Notes: generated by a model from the sequence alone, not told the origin. A DNA stretch of 64,000 bases from Myxococcota bacterium (GCA_965223415.1 OZ245002.1:896001-960000), one strand, 5' to 3'; counted from the first letter of the stretch, positions 38,370-48,858 are shown. Translations and numbers: made by a program.

Positions 38370-39857
38370 TCAGCGCTCCTCGGCTGCGACCGCGTCGGCG
38401 CGAGCCTGGGCGAGATCGAGCCCGGCCAGGATGGCGTTGCGCAGCTCTCGCGGGTCGATGATGTCGTCGTAGCCCATGCCCGCGGCGGAGCGCCACGGGC
38501 CGGACGCCTGCACCTCCTCGACCCGCGCCTGGGTCTCGTCGTCGAGCTTCGCCGACGCACCGCCGGGCGCGGCCGGCATCGAGCTCATCGTCGTCGCGGG
38601 AAACGAGAGCATCAGCGTCTGGTGGTCGAAGGGGTTCGCGGCCATCGTCGACGAGCCGAAGCCGAAGGCCTTGCGGAAGGTGACGGAGATCTTCGGCACC
38701 CGCAGCCGATGCTGGGCCTTGAACATCTTGCCGGCCCACTTGAGGATGCCGTCGCGCTCGGCCTTCGTCCCGGCCATCACGCCGGGGTTGTCGGCCAGGA
38801 AGATCACGGGGAGGTTGAAGCGGCCGGCGGTCTCCAGGAAGTCCGTCGCCTTGATCGCCGCCTGGCTGTCCACCGATCCCGAGCGCACCCAGGGGTCGTT
38901 GGCCAGGATCGCCACGGCCCGCCCGCCGAGGAACGCGAGGCCCGTCGCCAGGGAGCGTCCGTAGCGCGGCTGCACCTCGAACCAGCTGCCCTCGTCGACC
39001 ATTAGCTCGACGACCCGCCGCATCTTGTAGGGCTTGCGATCGTCCGGCGGAACGATCTCGAGGATCTCGTCCAGCAGACGCGGCCCCGTGTCCGGGCCCT
39101 CGCGCCGAGGCCCCGGCTGCCGACGGTTCGAGGGGAAGTAGCCCAGGTAGCGACGCGCCTGGGCGATGGCGTCGGCGTCGTCCGCCGCCACGTTGTGGGC
39201 GGTGCCGGCGGCCTCGCACACCGCCGCGCCGCCCAGCTCCTCCTTGGTGACGTCCTCGCCGAGGGCGGACTTCACGAGCGGCGGCCCGCCGGTGAACATC
39301 GCCGCGGATCGGCTCATCACCGTGAAGTCGCTGAGGGGCGAGGTGAGCGCGCCGTGGCCGGCGGAGGCACCGAGCACGAGGCAGACCATCGGCACCTCGC
39401 CGGAGAGGTCGGCCAGGGCGAGCAGATCGTTGGGAGCGCGGCCGCCGTGGCCCTCGGCCTCGGTGAGGCGGTGGCCGGCGCCGTCGAGCATGAAGACGAG
39501 GGGCACCCGCTCCTCGAGCGCGAGCTGGCAGATCCGATAGCGCTTGGCCATCGACCCGGCGCCGATGGAGCCGCCCAGCACCGTGAAGTCCTCAGCCGCG
39601 GCCATCACGGGCCGCCCTTCGACGCGGCCGAAGCCGGCCACCAGGGCGTCCGCCGGCGCCCGGGTGCCCCCCACCAGCGGGCCCAGCTCGACGAAGCTGC
39701 CCTCGTCGAAGAGCAGGTCGAGGCGCGTGCGGGCGTCGAGCTTGCCGCGCCCGGTCATCAGCCGTTCCACCCGCTCGGCGCCGCCCATCCCACGGGCGAT
39801 TCCGCGGCGCCGTTCCAGCTCCTCCAGGATGGGCTTCCAGTCGTCCCGCGAGCTCAT
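38370..39857 (-). CDS. acyl-CoA carboxylase carboxyltransferase (beta) subunit
   Basis: GKLDAR.R, DFTVLGGS, EELGG, DNPG...G. Confidence 0.92.
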   Translation of the reverse strand: MSSRDDWKPILEELERRRGIARGMGGAERVERLMTGRGKLDARTRLDLLFDEGSFVELGPLVGGTRAPADALVAGFGRVEGRPVMAAAEDFTVLGGSIGAGSMAKRYRICQLALEERVPLVFMLDGAGHRLTEAEGHGGRAPNDLLALADLSGEVPMVCLVLGASAGHGALTSPLSDFTVMSRSAAMFTGGPPLVKSALGEDVTKEELGGAAVCEAAGTAHNVAADDADAIAQARRYLGYFPSNRRQPGPRREGPDTGPRLLDEILEIVPPDDRKPYKMRRVVELMVDEGSWFEVQPRYGRSLATGLAFLGGRAVAILANDPWVRSGSVDSQAAIKATDFLETAGRFNLPVIFLADNPGVMAGTKAERDGILKWAGKMFKAQHRLRVPKISVTFRKAFGFGSSTMAANPFDHQTLMLSFPATTMSSMPAAPGGASAKLDDETQARVEEVQASGPWRSAAGMGYDDIIDPRELRNAILAGLDLAQARADAVAAEER

Positions 39858-39891
39858 GGCGGCTGATGGTGCCAGCCGCGGCGAGCCGCGG

Positions 39892-40845
39892 CTACCCGAG
39901 CTTCATCAGGGCCGAGAGCCCGCCCTCCATCGCGTGGAGCAGGCGCGCGCAGGCGTCGAGCTCGAGACCGAGGGGCGCGAGCAGCTCGACGACCCGCGCG
40001 TCCACCTCTTGCGACTGGCCCGGCTCCCAGCCCTTGCCGAGCAGGTGCGCCAGCGTGTCCGCCGCGTAGAGCGCCCAGGTGAGCGGCGCCTCCGGCCCCT
40101 CGGCGTCGTCGGGCTCGTGGTGGAGCCGGATCGCCTGCACGAAGGGCTCCGGAAACGCCCAGGAACCGACTGCCGCGGCACCGAGCTCGGCGTGCAGCGT
40201 GTCCTCGGCGGCGGCGACCACCCGCGCCTCCATCCGACGGAGCTTCCGGGTCTCGCGCCGCGCCTCGGACAGGAAGGAGAGCATGACGACCCGGCCGACG
40301 TCGTGGACGAGACCGAGGAGGAAGCCCGAATCCTGCCACGGCGGAATGTCCTCGAGCAGGGTCTGGCAGCAGATGGCGGTGGTCACGGCGTGCTCCCACA
40401 GCGCCCGCCCCCGCTCCGGGTCCGGCAGGTCGAAGACGCCCGAGCGCATCGTCACCGCCACGACCAGGTTCCGGGCCTCGGCGACCCCCATGCGCATCAG
40501 CGCCTCGTGGACCGAGAGCACCGGCTCGCTGCCGCGCAGGACGGCGCTGTTCGCGAGTCCCACGACCTTGGCCGCCAATGGCGGATCCATCTCGACGGCG
40601 TAGGTCAGCTCGCCGAGGTCGACCTCGGCCTCCCCCATCAGGTCCATGATGCGGCCGAGGGTGGCGGGCACGACCGGCAGGCGCAGTCGGCGCTCCTCCA
40701 GGGCCGCGAGCAGCCGCTCCAGGATCGGGCGTTCCGGACCGTCGCCGGCGATGCAGGTGCGCACCTGCGCCAGCAAGTGCGCGGCGGCGGCCTCGTCGAG
40801 GGTCTCGTGGTCCCGCGCGGCGGCGTCGAGAGGCGAAGGCGCCAT
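39892..40845 (-). CDS. HDOD domain protein
   Basis: LPVVP, DPPLAAKVV.LANS, LWEH, GLVHDVG, HAELG...WAFP. Confidence 0.88.
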   Translation of the reverse strand: MAPSPLDAAARDHETLDEAAAAHLLAQVRTCIAGDGPERPILERLLAALEERRLRLPVVPATLGRIMDLMGEAEVDLGELTYAVEMDPPLAAKVVGLANSAVLRGSEPVLSVHEALMRMGVAEARNLVVAVTMRSGVFDLPDPERGRALWEHAVTTAICCQTLLEDIPPWQDSGFLLGLVHDVGRVVMLSFLSEARRETRKLRRMEARVVAAAEDTLHAELGAAAVGSWAFPEPFVQAIRLHHEPDDAEGPEAPLTWALYAADTLAHLLGKGWEPGQSQEVDARVVELLAPLGLELDACARLLHAMEGGLSALMKLG

Positions 40846-40893
40846 GCGGAACCCTGCGGCACGTCGCAGCGGACGCTTGATCGGGGGAACGCC

Positions 40894-41841
40894 CTACAGC
40901 GCTGGGGCGATCGCCTCCGGCATCGCGTCCTCCCGGAGCGGCACGCAGCCCGTTCCCAGCACGCGGCTGGCGTAGACGGAGTCCGGGGCGGTCTCCGCTC
41001 GCTCGAGCGCCCGCGCGCGTCTCCCCCGTTGCACCCGTCCCGCCACGTGGCCGCCGACCACGAAGGGAAGCTGCATCTCCGGAAGGAAGTATCCCGACAC
41101 GTAGGTGGCGTAGGCGGGAAACAGGACGGTGTAGGCGTCCATCTCCTGCGCTCGCGCGCGATCGCACTTCAGGAAGGCCACGGCGTCCTCGGTCGCGACT
41201 GCTTCGTGCCAGAGGTCGACGAGGGGGACCAGGCGGAGGAGCCCCATGTAGGTGCCCTTCCAGCGCGCCCGCAGGTAGTCCTTGGCGTGTCCCGCCTCGT
41301 GGAGCAGGACGCCGGGATCGCTCGAGTAGACGTTGATGGTGTTGCTGTAGGGATTGAAGTGATCGCCGCCCCCGATCAGCGGGAAGCCGGCGAGCAGACG
41401 ATCCGGCAGCAGCGTGTAGCGGAGCCAGGAGAAGATCCCGAGGGTGTAGCGGTAGCCGGCGGCGACCTCGCGGTTGCGCACGAGGCGTCCGAACTCGCCG
41501 CCGGGGGCGTACTGGTTGTGGCGGACCTTCACGGAGCGCATGGAGTTGAGGGCGAGGTAGCGGCGCAGGAGATCCTCGCCCTCTTCGTGGAGCTCGTGGT
41601 CGAGGATCTGCCAATCCCACAGGATGAGCTTGGTGGGCAGGCTGAGCACGTAGTGGTTGAGGCCGTCCAGCAGCGCGATCGGACGGCCCCGCTCGAGCTG
41701 GGCGCCCGCGTCGGGCGCGACGTGCTGCGAGGCGACCGCGCTCTCGGACGGCAGCCGGTAGCGCCCGGCCCCCACGGCGCAGCCGGCTCCCAGCACCGCG
41801 CACAGCCCCAGCATCGCGAGCCGGCCCGCCACCACCCTCAT
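40894..41841 (-). CDS. putative lipoprotein with HExxH motif
   Basis: Lipobox-like LGAGC; GGDHFNPYSNTI, LHEAGH..D. Confidence 0.65.
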   Translation of the reverse strand: MRVVAGRLAMLGLCAVLGAGCAVGAGRYRLPSESAVASQHVAPDAGAQLERGRPIALLDGLNHYVLSLPTKLILWDWQILDHELHEEGEDLLRRYLALNSMRSVKVRHNQYAPGGEFGRLVRNREVAAGYRYTLGIFSWLRYTLLPDRLLAGFPLIGGGDHFNPYSNTINVYSSDPGVLLHEAGHAKDYLRARWKGTYMGLLRLVPLVDLWHEAVATEDAVAFLKCDRARAQEMDAYTVLFPAYATYVSGYFLPEMQLPFVVGGHVAGRVQRGRRARALERAETAPDSVYASRVLGTGCVPLREDAMPEAIAPAL

Positions 41842-42995
41842 CCGTCGTCCTCCCCTCCGAGCTGCGCCAGCGCGTGCCGCAGATCGTCGATCAGGTCTTC
41901 CGGGTCCTCGATGCCGATGGAGAGCCGCAGCAGATCGTCCGGCACCAGGGTCCCGGCGCCCTCCACTGCCGCCCGGTGCTCGACCAGGCTCTCGACGCCT
42001 CCAAGGGAGCTCGCGTCGTGGAAGTGCTCGAGGGCCCCAGCGACCCGCCGCGCCCGCTCGGCGCTGCCGACGCGAACCGACACCACGGGGCCGAAGCCGC
42101 CGTCCATCTGGGCGGCGGCGGTGGCGTGGCCCGGGTGGGAGGACAGGCCGGGATGGTCGACACCGGTGACGGCCGGGTGGCCGTCCAGCGCCCGGGCGAC
42201 GGCGAGAGCGCTCTCGGCCGAGCGGCGCACGCGGAGATAGAGCGTGCGCATCCCGCGCAGAAGGAGCCAGGCCTCGAAGGGCCCGAGGATCGCGCCGCGC
42301 GTGCCGCGCTCCCGCTCGATCCGCTCCCAGAGCGGGTCCCGCCGCGCCGTGACCAGGGCGCCGGCGACCACGTCCGCGTGGCCGCCGAGCTGCTTCGTCG
42401 CCGAGTGCATCACCAGATCGCAGCCCAAGGAGAGCGGGCGGGTGAGCACCGGCGTCGCCAGGGTGCCATCGGCGGCGACCCGGGCGCCAGCCGCGTGGGC
42501 CCGCTCGGCGGCGGCGCGCAGGTCCGTGATCTCACCGCGGGGGTTCGCCGGGCTCTCGAGCCAGACGAGCTGGGTCTCGCCCGGCCGCAGCGCCTGCTCC
42601 AGGGCTTCGAGGTCGCCCGCCGGAAACCAGTCCACCGCGAGCCGCCCATCCGCCGCGCGCGCCTCGAGCCAGCGGCGCAGGGTGAAGTACATGGGCCGCG
42701 GTGCCACTACGTGCGCCCCCGGCGCCAGCACCTCGAACACGCTCGTCGCCGCCGCCATCCCCGAGGCGAAGAGCAGCGCCGCCTCGCCTCCGTCCAGCCG
42801 GGCCAGCAGCGCCTCGGCGGGATCGTAGGTGGGGTTCTGGTCGCGGGTGTAGCTGTGGCCGCCGAGATAGCGGCCGGTCTCGTCCCGGGCGTAGGGCGCA
42901 CTCGGCCAGATCGGCGGCACTACCGCGCCGGTGGTCGGATCGACTTGGCCGAGGGCGCGGGCCGCCAGGGTCTCGGGGCGGGGCGGCCGGTGCAT
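41838..42995 (-). CDS. PLP-dependent transsulfuration enzyme (cystathionine gamma-synthase/lyase family)
   Basis: FASGMAA, LESPANP, HSATKQLGGHAD, SLGGVESL, RLSIGIE. Confidence 0.92.
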   Translation of the reverse strand: MHRPPRPETLAARALGQVDPTTGAVVPPIWPSAPYARDETGRYLGGHSYTRDQNPTYDPAEALLARLDGGEAALLFASGMAAATSVFEVLAPGAHVVAPRPMYFTLRRWLEARAADGRLAVDWFPAGDLEALEQALRPGETQLVWLESPANPRGEITDLRAAAERAHAAGARVAADGTLATPVLTRPLSLGCDLVMHSATKQLGGHADVVAGALVTARRDPLWERIERERGTRGAILGPFEAWLLLRGMRTLYLRVRRSAESALAVARALDGHPAVTGVDHPGLSSHPGHATAAAQMDGGFGPVVSVRVGSAERARRVAGALEHFHDASSLGGVESLVEHRAAVEGAGTLVPDDLLRLSIGIEDPEDLIDDLRHALAQLGGEDDG

Positions 42996-43040
42996 GCGGC
43001 GCAGTGTACCCGGTTGCCCGCACCGTTGGACCGGCGGACA

Positions 43041-43850
43041 ATGGCGCTCATGGAATACGAGCAGATCCTCTACGAGGTCCGGGACGAGGTCGCCTGGATC
43101 ACCCTCAACCGTCCGGACAAGCTCAACGCCTGGACGCCCCGGATGAGCGTGGAGGAGGCCCACGCCGTCGAGCGCGCCAGCGACGACCCCTCGGTCGGCT
43201 CGATCGTCTTCACCGGCGCCGGTCGCGGCTTCTGCGCCGGCGCCGACATGGCCGAGACCTTCCAGAAGCGCATCGACGGCACCGATCCGGGCGAGGGCAC
43301 CGCCGAGGGCTCCGGCGGGCTCCCGAAGGGCCTCGACTGGGTGGCCCTCGTGCGCCGCGCGAAGCCGATGGTGGCGGCGGTCAACGGCGCCGCCGTCGGC
43401 ATCGGCCTCACCCGCATCCTGCCCTTCGACGTGATCGTGGCCTCCGAGAAGGCGCGCTTCGGCATGATGTTCATCAAGGTCGGCCTGGTACCGGAGCTCG
43501 CGAGCACCCACTACCTCGCGCAGCGGATCGGCTTCGGACGGGCCAGCGAGATGTCCCTCTCGGGCCGGCTCGTCGATGCGGAGGAGGCCGGGCGCATCGG
43601 CCTCGCCGATTTCGTCGCCCCGCCGGATGCCCTGCTCGAGCGGGCCGGCGAGATCGCCCGCTCGATGGGGGACAACCCTCCGCCCCAGCTGCGCATGACG
43701 AAGCAGCTCCTCACGGAGAACGCGGCCGACACGGACCTCACGGCGATCCAGGCCCGCGAATCGGCGCTCCTCCGCGAGTGCTGGAAGACCCCGGAGCACA
43801 AGGAGGCCGTCGCGGCCTTCCAGGAGAAGCGCGCACCGCGCTTCCGCTAG
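43041..43850 (+). CDS. enoyl-CoA hydratase/isomerase
   Basis: LNRPDKLNA, FCAGAD, AVNGAAVGIG. Confidence 0.92.
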   Translation: MALMEYEQILYEVRDEVAWITLNRPDKLNAWTPRMSVEEAHAVERASDDPSVGSIVFTGAGRGFCAGADMAETFQKRIDGTDPGEGTAEGSGGLPKGLDWVALVRRAKPMVAAVNGAAVGIGLTRILPFDVIVASEKARFGMMFIKVGLVPELASTHYLAQRIGFGRASEMSLSGRLVDAEEAGRIGLADFVAPPDALLERAGEIARSMGDNPPPQLRMTKQLLTENAADTDLTAIQARESALLRECWKTPEHKEAVAAFQEKRAPRFR

Positions 43851-43858
43851 GAGGGGCC

Positions 43859-44632
43859 ATGGCGTTCCAGGAGATCCACTACGAAGAGCGCGGCCACGTC
43901 GGCCTGCTCACCCTCGACCGACCCGAGGCGCGCAACGCGCTGACGTTCCGCACCTACGCCGAGCTGGAGCGCGCGGTGCGCGAGACGCAGGCACGTTGTC
44001 TCGTCGTCACCGGGCGCGACCCGGCCTTCTGCTCGGGCGACGACGTAAAGAAGGTGATGGGCGGAGGCGAGAAGCCGCCGGAGGGATTCACCGGCGAACC
44101 CTCCCTCACCCCCGCCGCCGACGCCCTGCTCCACACGAACGTCCCGATCATCGCGGCGGTGAACGGCGCCGCGGTGGGCTGGGGCATGGAGCTCGCGATC
44201 ATGGCGGATCTCCGCATCGCTTCCGAGCGGGCGAAGTTCGGCGAGCTCTTCGTGCTGCGCGGCCTGTGCTGCGACGCGCCGGGGCTCGGAAGGCTCGCCA
44301 GCCTGGTGGGCCGCGAGAAGGCGGCCGAGCTGCTCTTCACCGGCGACGTGATCGACGCCGAGGAGGCGCTGCGGATCGGCCTCGTGGGCCGGGTCGTCCC
44401 CCACGAGAAGCTGCAGAGCGAAGCGCTTGCCCTCGCGGAGCGCATCGCCTCGAACCCGCCCCTGGCGGTGCAACGCCTGAAGGCGGGATTGCGGGAGGCG
44501 CTGGACCCGGACTGGAAGACGCTCGGGGGATGGGCGACGACGGCGATCCGGGAGCTGTTCCGGACGGACGATCACCGGGAGGGCGTTCGAGCCTTCCTGG
44601 AGAAGCGGCCGGCGGAGTATCGGGGGCGGTAG
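43859..44632 (+). CDS. enoyl-CoA hydratase/isomerase
   Basis: LDRPEARNA, FCSGDD, AVNGAAVGWG, AFLEKR. Confidence 0.92.
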   Translation: MAFQEIHYEERGHVGLLTLDRPEARNALTFRTYAELERAVRETQARCLVVTGRDPAFCSGDDVKKVMGGGEKPPEGFTGEPSLTPAADALLHTNVPIIAAVNGAAVGWGMELAIMADLRIASERAKFGELFVLRGLCCDAPGLGRLASLVGREKAAELLFTGDVIDAEEALRIGLVGRVVPHEKLQSEALALAERIASNPPLAVQRLKAGLREALDPDWKTLGGWATTAIRELFRTDDHREGVRAFLEKRPAEYRGR

Positions 44633-44663
44633 CACCGGTGAAGGCCGCGGTGGAGCGCGGAAC

Positions 44664-45863
44664 GTGAGCACGGAGCGCGCGGCCCCGATCGCGCTGCTCG
44701 CGATCGGCACGCTCCTGGGCCTGGCGGTCGGCGAGGCCGGCGCCCGCCTGGCACGGGGCGACCGCCCGAGCCCCACCGCCGTGCAGCGCTTCGTCGAGAG
44801 CGAGCGCGGCAAGTTCGCCCGCTACGACCCGGAGCTCGGCTGGGCCGGCCGTCCGGACGTGCGCGATCACTTCGAGTGGATCGACGCGCGCCACGAAGTC
44901 GTCCAGAACCGCTTCGGCTTCCGGGGGCGGGCGTGGCCCCACGCGCGGAGCGATGCGCGGCGGGTGGTGTTCCTGGGCGATTCGTTCACCTGGGGGTTCG
45001 GCGTCGGGGAGGCGGAGCTGTTCACACAGCTGCTGGAGGATCGCGCCGGGGGCGCCCTCGAAGTGGTGAACCTTGGCGTCTCCGGCTACGGCAACGACCA
45101 GGAGCTGCTCCTCTGGCAGCGGGAGGGCCGACGCTGGTCGCCGGACACGACCGTCGTGATGGTGACGCTGAACAGCGACTTCTGGGACAACGCCGAGGCC
45201 GAACGCTACGGCTACGCCAAGCCCCGCTTCGAAGCCACGGCGGGAGGACGGCTCGAGCTGACCGGCGTCCCGGTGCCCCGGCGCGCCGGGGACTGGAGCG
45301 ATCCGACCGTCGACGTCGAGGAGGGCTTCCCCAGCCCAGTCCGCTGGCTGCTGCGCAGCTCCGCGCTGGTCGGACTGACGCTCCAGGCGGCGAGCCGGAA
45401 CGACGCCGCGCGCCGCTTCCTCGAAGCCCAGGGCCTCGTCCTCTCCCGACGCGGCGGCTACGACGGCGAGCACGAGCTCTACCTCACGACCCCGGGTCCG
45501 GAGACCGAGCGCCGCTGGCGCCTGCTGTTCGCGATCCTGGACCGCCTCGCGGCGGACGTGAAGCGGTCCGGTGCGCAGGTGCGGATCGTCCTGGTCCCCT
45601 CGGTCGTGCTCGTCTACCCGGATCTCTGGGACGCGTTCCGGAGCGAGCTTCCGCCGCCGGTCGCGGCCGGCCTCGACCCCGCCGTCCCCGGGCGACGGTT
45701 CGCGGCCTGGGCCGAGCGCACCGCGATCCCGTTCACGGATCTCCTGCCGGCCCTACGGGCTGCGGGGGCCAACGACCCCTACCTCTACTTCCCGGAGAAC
45801 CGGCACTGGACGCCCGCAGGCCACCGGGCGGTGGCGCAAGTGCTCCAGGAGCTCCCGATGTAG
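44664..45863 (+). CDS. membrane-anchored SGNH/GDSL hydrolase family protein
   Basis: N-terminal TM; N..GFRG, LGDSFTWG, NLGVSGY, HWTPAGH. Confidence 0.82.
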   Translation: MSTERAAPIALLAIGTLLGLAVGEAGARLARGDRPSPTAVQRFVESERGKFARYDPELGWAGRPDVRDHFEWIDARHEVVQNRFGFRGRAWPHARSDARRVVFLGDSFTWGFGVGEAELFTQLLEDRAGGALEVVNLGVSGYGNDQELLLWQREGRRWSPDTTVVMVTLNSDFWDNAEAERYGYAKPRFEATAGGRLELTGVPVPRRAGDWSDPTVDVEEGFPSPVRWLLRSSALVGLTLQAASRNDAARRFLEAQGLVLSRRGGYDGEHELYLTTPGPETERRWRLLFAILDRLAADVKRSGAQVRIVLVPSVVLVYPDLWDAFRSELPPPVAAGLDPAVPGRRFAAWAERTAIPFTDLLPALRAAGANDPYLYFPENRHWTPAGHRAVAQVLQELPM

Positions 45864-45883
45864 GCGCCGCGGTCGGCGCGAAC

Positions 45884-48745
45884 CTACGGCGCGATGATCG
45901 GCAGCTCGTTGCTCAGCAACCCCTGCGGGTTCTGGAGCTGGAGCAGGTGCACGCCGCTGGCCGTCGGCGGTGAGGTGAGGGTGATCTGCACCCGATCCGA
46001 GTCGCAGGTGGGCGAGAAGCTGCCGCCGATGCAGGTGACGGTACCGTCGGCCTTCTGGCCGTCGACGAAGATCGCGGCGCCGGACAGGACGTGGAGCCCG
46101 TCCACGTCCATCGGGCCCGGCAGGACCGGAAGGTCGGGCCGTCCCCCGTCGATGATTCCGAGGACCGGGTCCACGGCCGGCACCGCGAGTGCCGGCTGGG
46201 CGATGCCCGGCGACACGGCGGCCGGCAGCCGGGCCGTCAAGGTGACCAGCGTGGTCCCGTTCGCCGCCTCCGCGACGAGCGCGGCCCGCGAGAGCGTCGC
46301 CCCGCCCACCCGGTACTCGCCGGCGGTCCAGTTCGCGGTTGCGTCGCTGCCGTTGCGCTCGCCTTCGCCCAGAAGGGCGATGGCGCCGTCCGTGTCGGCC
46401 TGCTCGAGCACGTCGAGGGTGGCGTTGATCTCGGCCAGGAGGGTCGGATCGTTCACGGTGCGCGTATTCAGGGTGAGCTGGCGGCCGACGGCGCCGGAGT
46501 GGCCGGTCGAGGCCTCCTCGGTCATCTGGAAGACGTCGAAGGTGTCCGCCTTGTAGGTGCCGCGGAAGGCGCCCTCCTGCGCGGGCGTACCGAACGCCTG
46601 GGCCCAGGATGCCAGCTCGTCGAAGCCGAGCTCCGGCGTCCAGTCGACGTCGGTCTGGTCCGGGTTGAAGAAGGGGCTGCTCGGGTTGCTGGCCTGGAGC
46701 TGCTCTTCCACGAGGGTGACCCCCGCCGAGAACAGCAGGAAGCGGTCCGGGATGCCGCGCATGGTCGGCGCGTCCATGCCGCCCACGAAGAAGGCGCCGG
46801 TGCCCGCGCCGAAGGGGAGCGCATGGCACCCGCCGGGAGCGTCGGCGCAGGTCTCGGGCCCCTGGGTGATGCTTCCGGGCTGGTCGAGGAAGAACTGGTC
46901 GAAGCCGGCCAGGGCCGAGGCGGTGACGGCGTCGTCCAGCGGCCTCGAGCGCGCCGGCGGGTAGCTCACGCTCTTCAGGAAGTCGGCCATGTCGTCGCGT
47001 TCCTGGTTCGTGAGCTCCCCGCCGCCGGGGCAGCCGACGGACTGGTCGCACATCACCCCGGCGAGCGCGGCGTCCACCAGGTGGCGGAAGCAGGAGTGCT
47101 CGTCGCTGCAGTTCGAAGGCGCGACGCCATTCGATCCGACCTCGCCGTTCCGGCCGCCGAAGGGATCGCCGAGCACGCCGTCCCAGTGGAGCGGCACGGT
47201 ATCGCGCAGGCCGCGCACGGGCATGGTGGAGCGCGGCTCCTCCTGGTCGCAACCGGCGAAGGTGCACTCGGCGCCGATGATCCACAGCAGCTGGTCCGTG
47301 TGACCGTCCGGGTGGCAGCTCGCGCAGGCGAAGGTGCCCGTGGACGAGCCCTCTGCGGTGTTGAAGGCGATGCGGCCGCGGCGAATGCTGTCCGGCGTCG
47401 GGTCCGCGACCAGGTCCATGCGCACGACCTCGACCGGAGCCGCAGGGTTCGAGACGTCGATCACCGAGACGGTGCTCTCCAGGGTGTTCAGCACGTAGGC
47501 CGTCTCGGGAGCCCCGGCTCCGTCCGAAGCCAGCGCGACGCCGCGCGGAATCGCGCCGACGTCGAGGCGCGCGAGCACCGTGTTGGTGCCCGTGTCGAAG
47601 GTGAAGAAACGGCTGGAGGCGGCCGCCGTGGCGACGAGCACGTTGCCGTTGCCGCTCACCTGCACGCCGTAGGGCGTCCCGAGCTGGTTGCCGGCGGTCG
47701 GCTGCGCGGGCGGCAGGGGCTCGAGCTCGACGGCGCTCGGGGCTCCGCAGGAGGCGCCGCTGCAATCGATGCGCGCGATCTGGTTCAGGAAGGCGCGGTT
47801 CTCGAGATCGACCAGGCCCTCGCCCGCCGTGCCGGCGGCGCCGTTCTCGGTGTTGCGGGCGTCGGTCTGGGTGACGAAGACGTTGCCGCTGCCGTCGACG
47901 GCCAGGCCGTAGAGCAGCGTGCCCACGCCGGAGACGACGTCCGGGGGCTGGCTCAGGTCGGAGGTGTCGAAGACGAACACGTCGCGATCCGGCACGTCCG
48001 GGTCCTTCACCACGTCCGGATCGAAGCCTACGAACTGAGGGTTGGCCGCGAAGTTCACGTCCTGGAGGTCGAAAGTGCACTGGCTGGTGCCGAGGGCGAA
48101 GGGCGGACTCGGGCAGGAGGAGAGCTCGGAGGTGTTCCCGGACTCGAGCACCGCCACGTACAGCTTGCCGCCGGCGACGCGGATCGCCCGGGGCTCCTGG
48201 GCGTTCAGCTGGAGCAGGTTCGTCACGGCGTAGCTGGCGGTGTCGACGACGGCGATCTGGTTGCGGGAGGAGAGCGCCACGTAGGCCTCGCTGCCGTCCC
48301 CTTTGAAGGCCACGCCCGTGGGCTCGTCGAAGGTGGAGACCAGGGTGGTCGGGGCCACCGACTGGATCGTCTCCACGACCTCGAGGAAGGTCGCGCTGTT
48401 CGGGTCCGCGTCGATCACCGAGACGCTGTCCGACACGTGGTTCGTCACCCAGACCTCGAGCCCGTCCGGCCGCACCGCCACGCCGGAGGGCGCTAGGCCG
48501 ACCTGGACCGTTCCGAAGCGGGTGTTCGTCGTCGTGCGGAAGACGTCGAGCCGACTGGCCGGCGTGTTCACGACGAACAGGTGCGGCTGGGTCGGCGAGA
48601 GGGCGATCGGCCTGGCCTGGGGTGCGGCAAAGAGCTGGCTCCCGCTGGACTTCACCGTACCCCCGCAGGTCATGGCGCCGAGGACCGGGATCAGGCTTGC
48701 GAGGGCGAGGCTGGCCAGCCAGTGCGGTCGGGCGAACGAGGGCAT
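45884..48745 (-). CDS. exported YncE-like beta-propeller + CcP/MauG-like cytochrome c + Ig-like tail (paralogue 2)
   Basis: Signal/lipobox-like LGAMTC; VWVTNHVSDSVSVID; CASCH; RGL..PLHWDG; CADAPGGCH; collinear with 5358-8276; AGGAG RBS. Confidence 0.8.
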   Translation of the reverse strand: MPSFARPHWLASLALASLIPVLGAMTCGGTVKSSGSQLFAAPQARPIALSPTQPHLFVVNTPASRLDVFRTTTNTRFGTVQVGLAPSGVAVRPDGLEVWVTNHVSDSVSVIDADPNSATFLEVVETIQSVAPTTLVSTFDEPTGVAFKGDGSEAYVALSSRNQIAVVDTASYAVTNLLQLNAQEPRAIRVAGGKLYVAVLESGNTSELSSCPSPPFALGTSQCTFDLQDVNFAANPQFVGFDPDVVKDPDVPDRDVFVFDTSDLSQPPDVVSGVGTLLYGLAVDGSGNVFVTQTDARNTENGAAGTAGEGLVDLENRAFLNQIARIDCSGASCGAPSAVELEPLPPAQPTAGNQLGTPYGVQVSGNGNVLVATAAASSRFFTFDTGTNTVLARLDVGAIPRGVALASDGAGAPETAYVLNTLESTVSVIDVSNPAAPVEVVRMDLVADPTPDSIRRGRIAFNTAEGSSTGTFACASCHPDGHTDQLLWIIGAECTFAGCDQEEPRSTMPVRGLRDTVPLHWDGVLGDPFGGRNGEVGSNGVAPSNCSDEHSCFRHLVDAALAGVMCDQSVGCPGGGELTNQERDDMADFLKSVSYPPARSRPLDDAVTASALAGFDQFFLDQPGSITQGPETCADAPGGCHALPFGAGTGAFFVGGMDAPTMRGIPDRFLLFSAGVTLVEEQLQASNPSSPFFNPDQTDVDWTPELGFDELASWAQAFGTPAQEGAFRGTYKADTFDVFQMTEEASTGHSGAVGRQLTLNTRTVNDPTLLAEINATLDVLEQADTDGAIALLGEGERNGSDATANWTAGEYRVGGATLSRAALVAEAANGTTLVTLTARLPAAVSPGIAQPALAVPAVDPVLGIIDGGRPDLPVLPGPMDVDGLHVLSGAAIFVDGQKADGTVTCIGGSFSPTCDSDRVQITLTSPPTASGVHLLQLQNPQGLLSNELPIIAP

Positions 48746-48858
48746 GGGCGCGTCTCCTGCGAAGGCACTGGGCCGGATTCTACCCGAACGGGGTGGAGGT
48801 CTGGCCGCGGAGATCCGCGCAGGCGCTGCCCCCCCACGGGGCACGAGGGTCGATCGGG

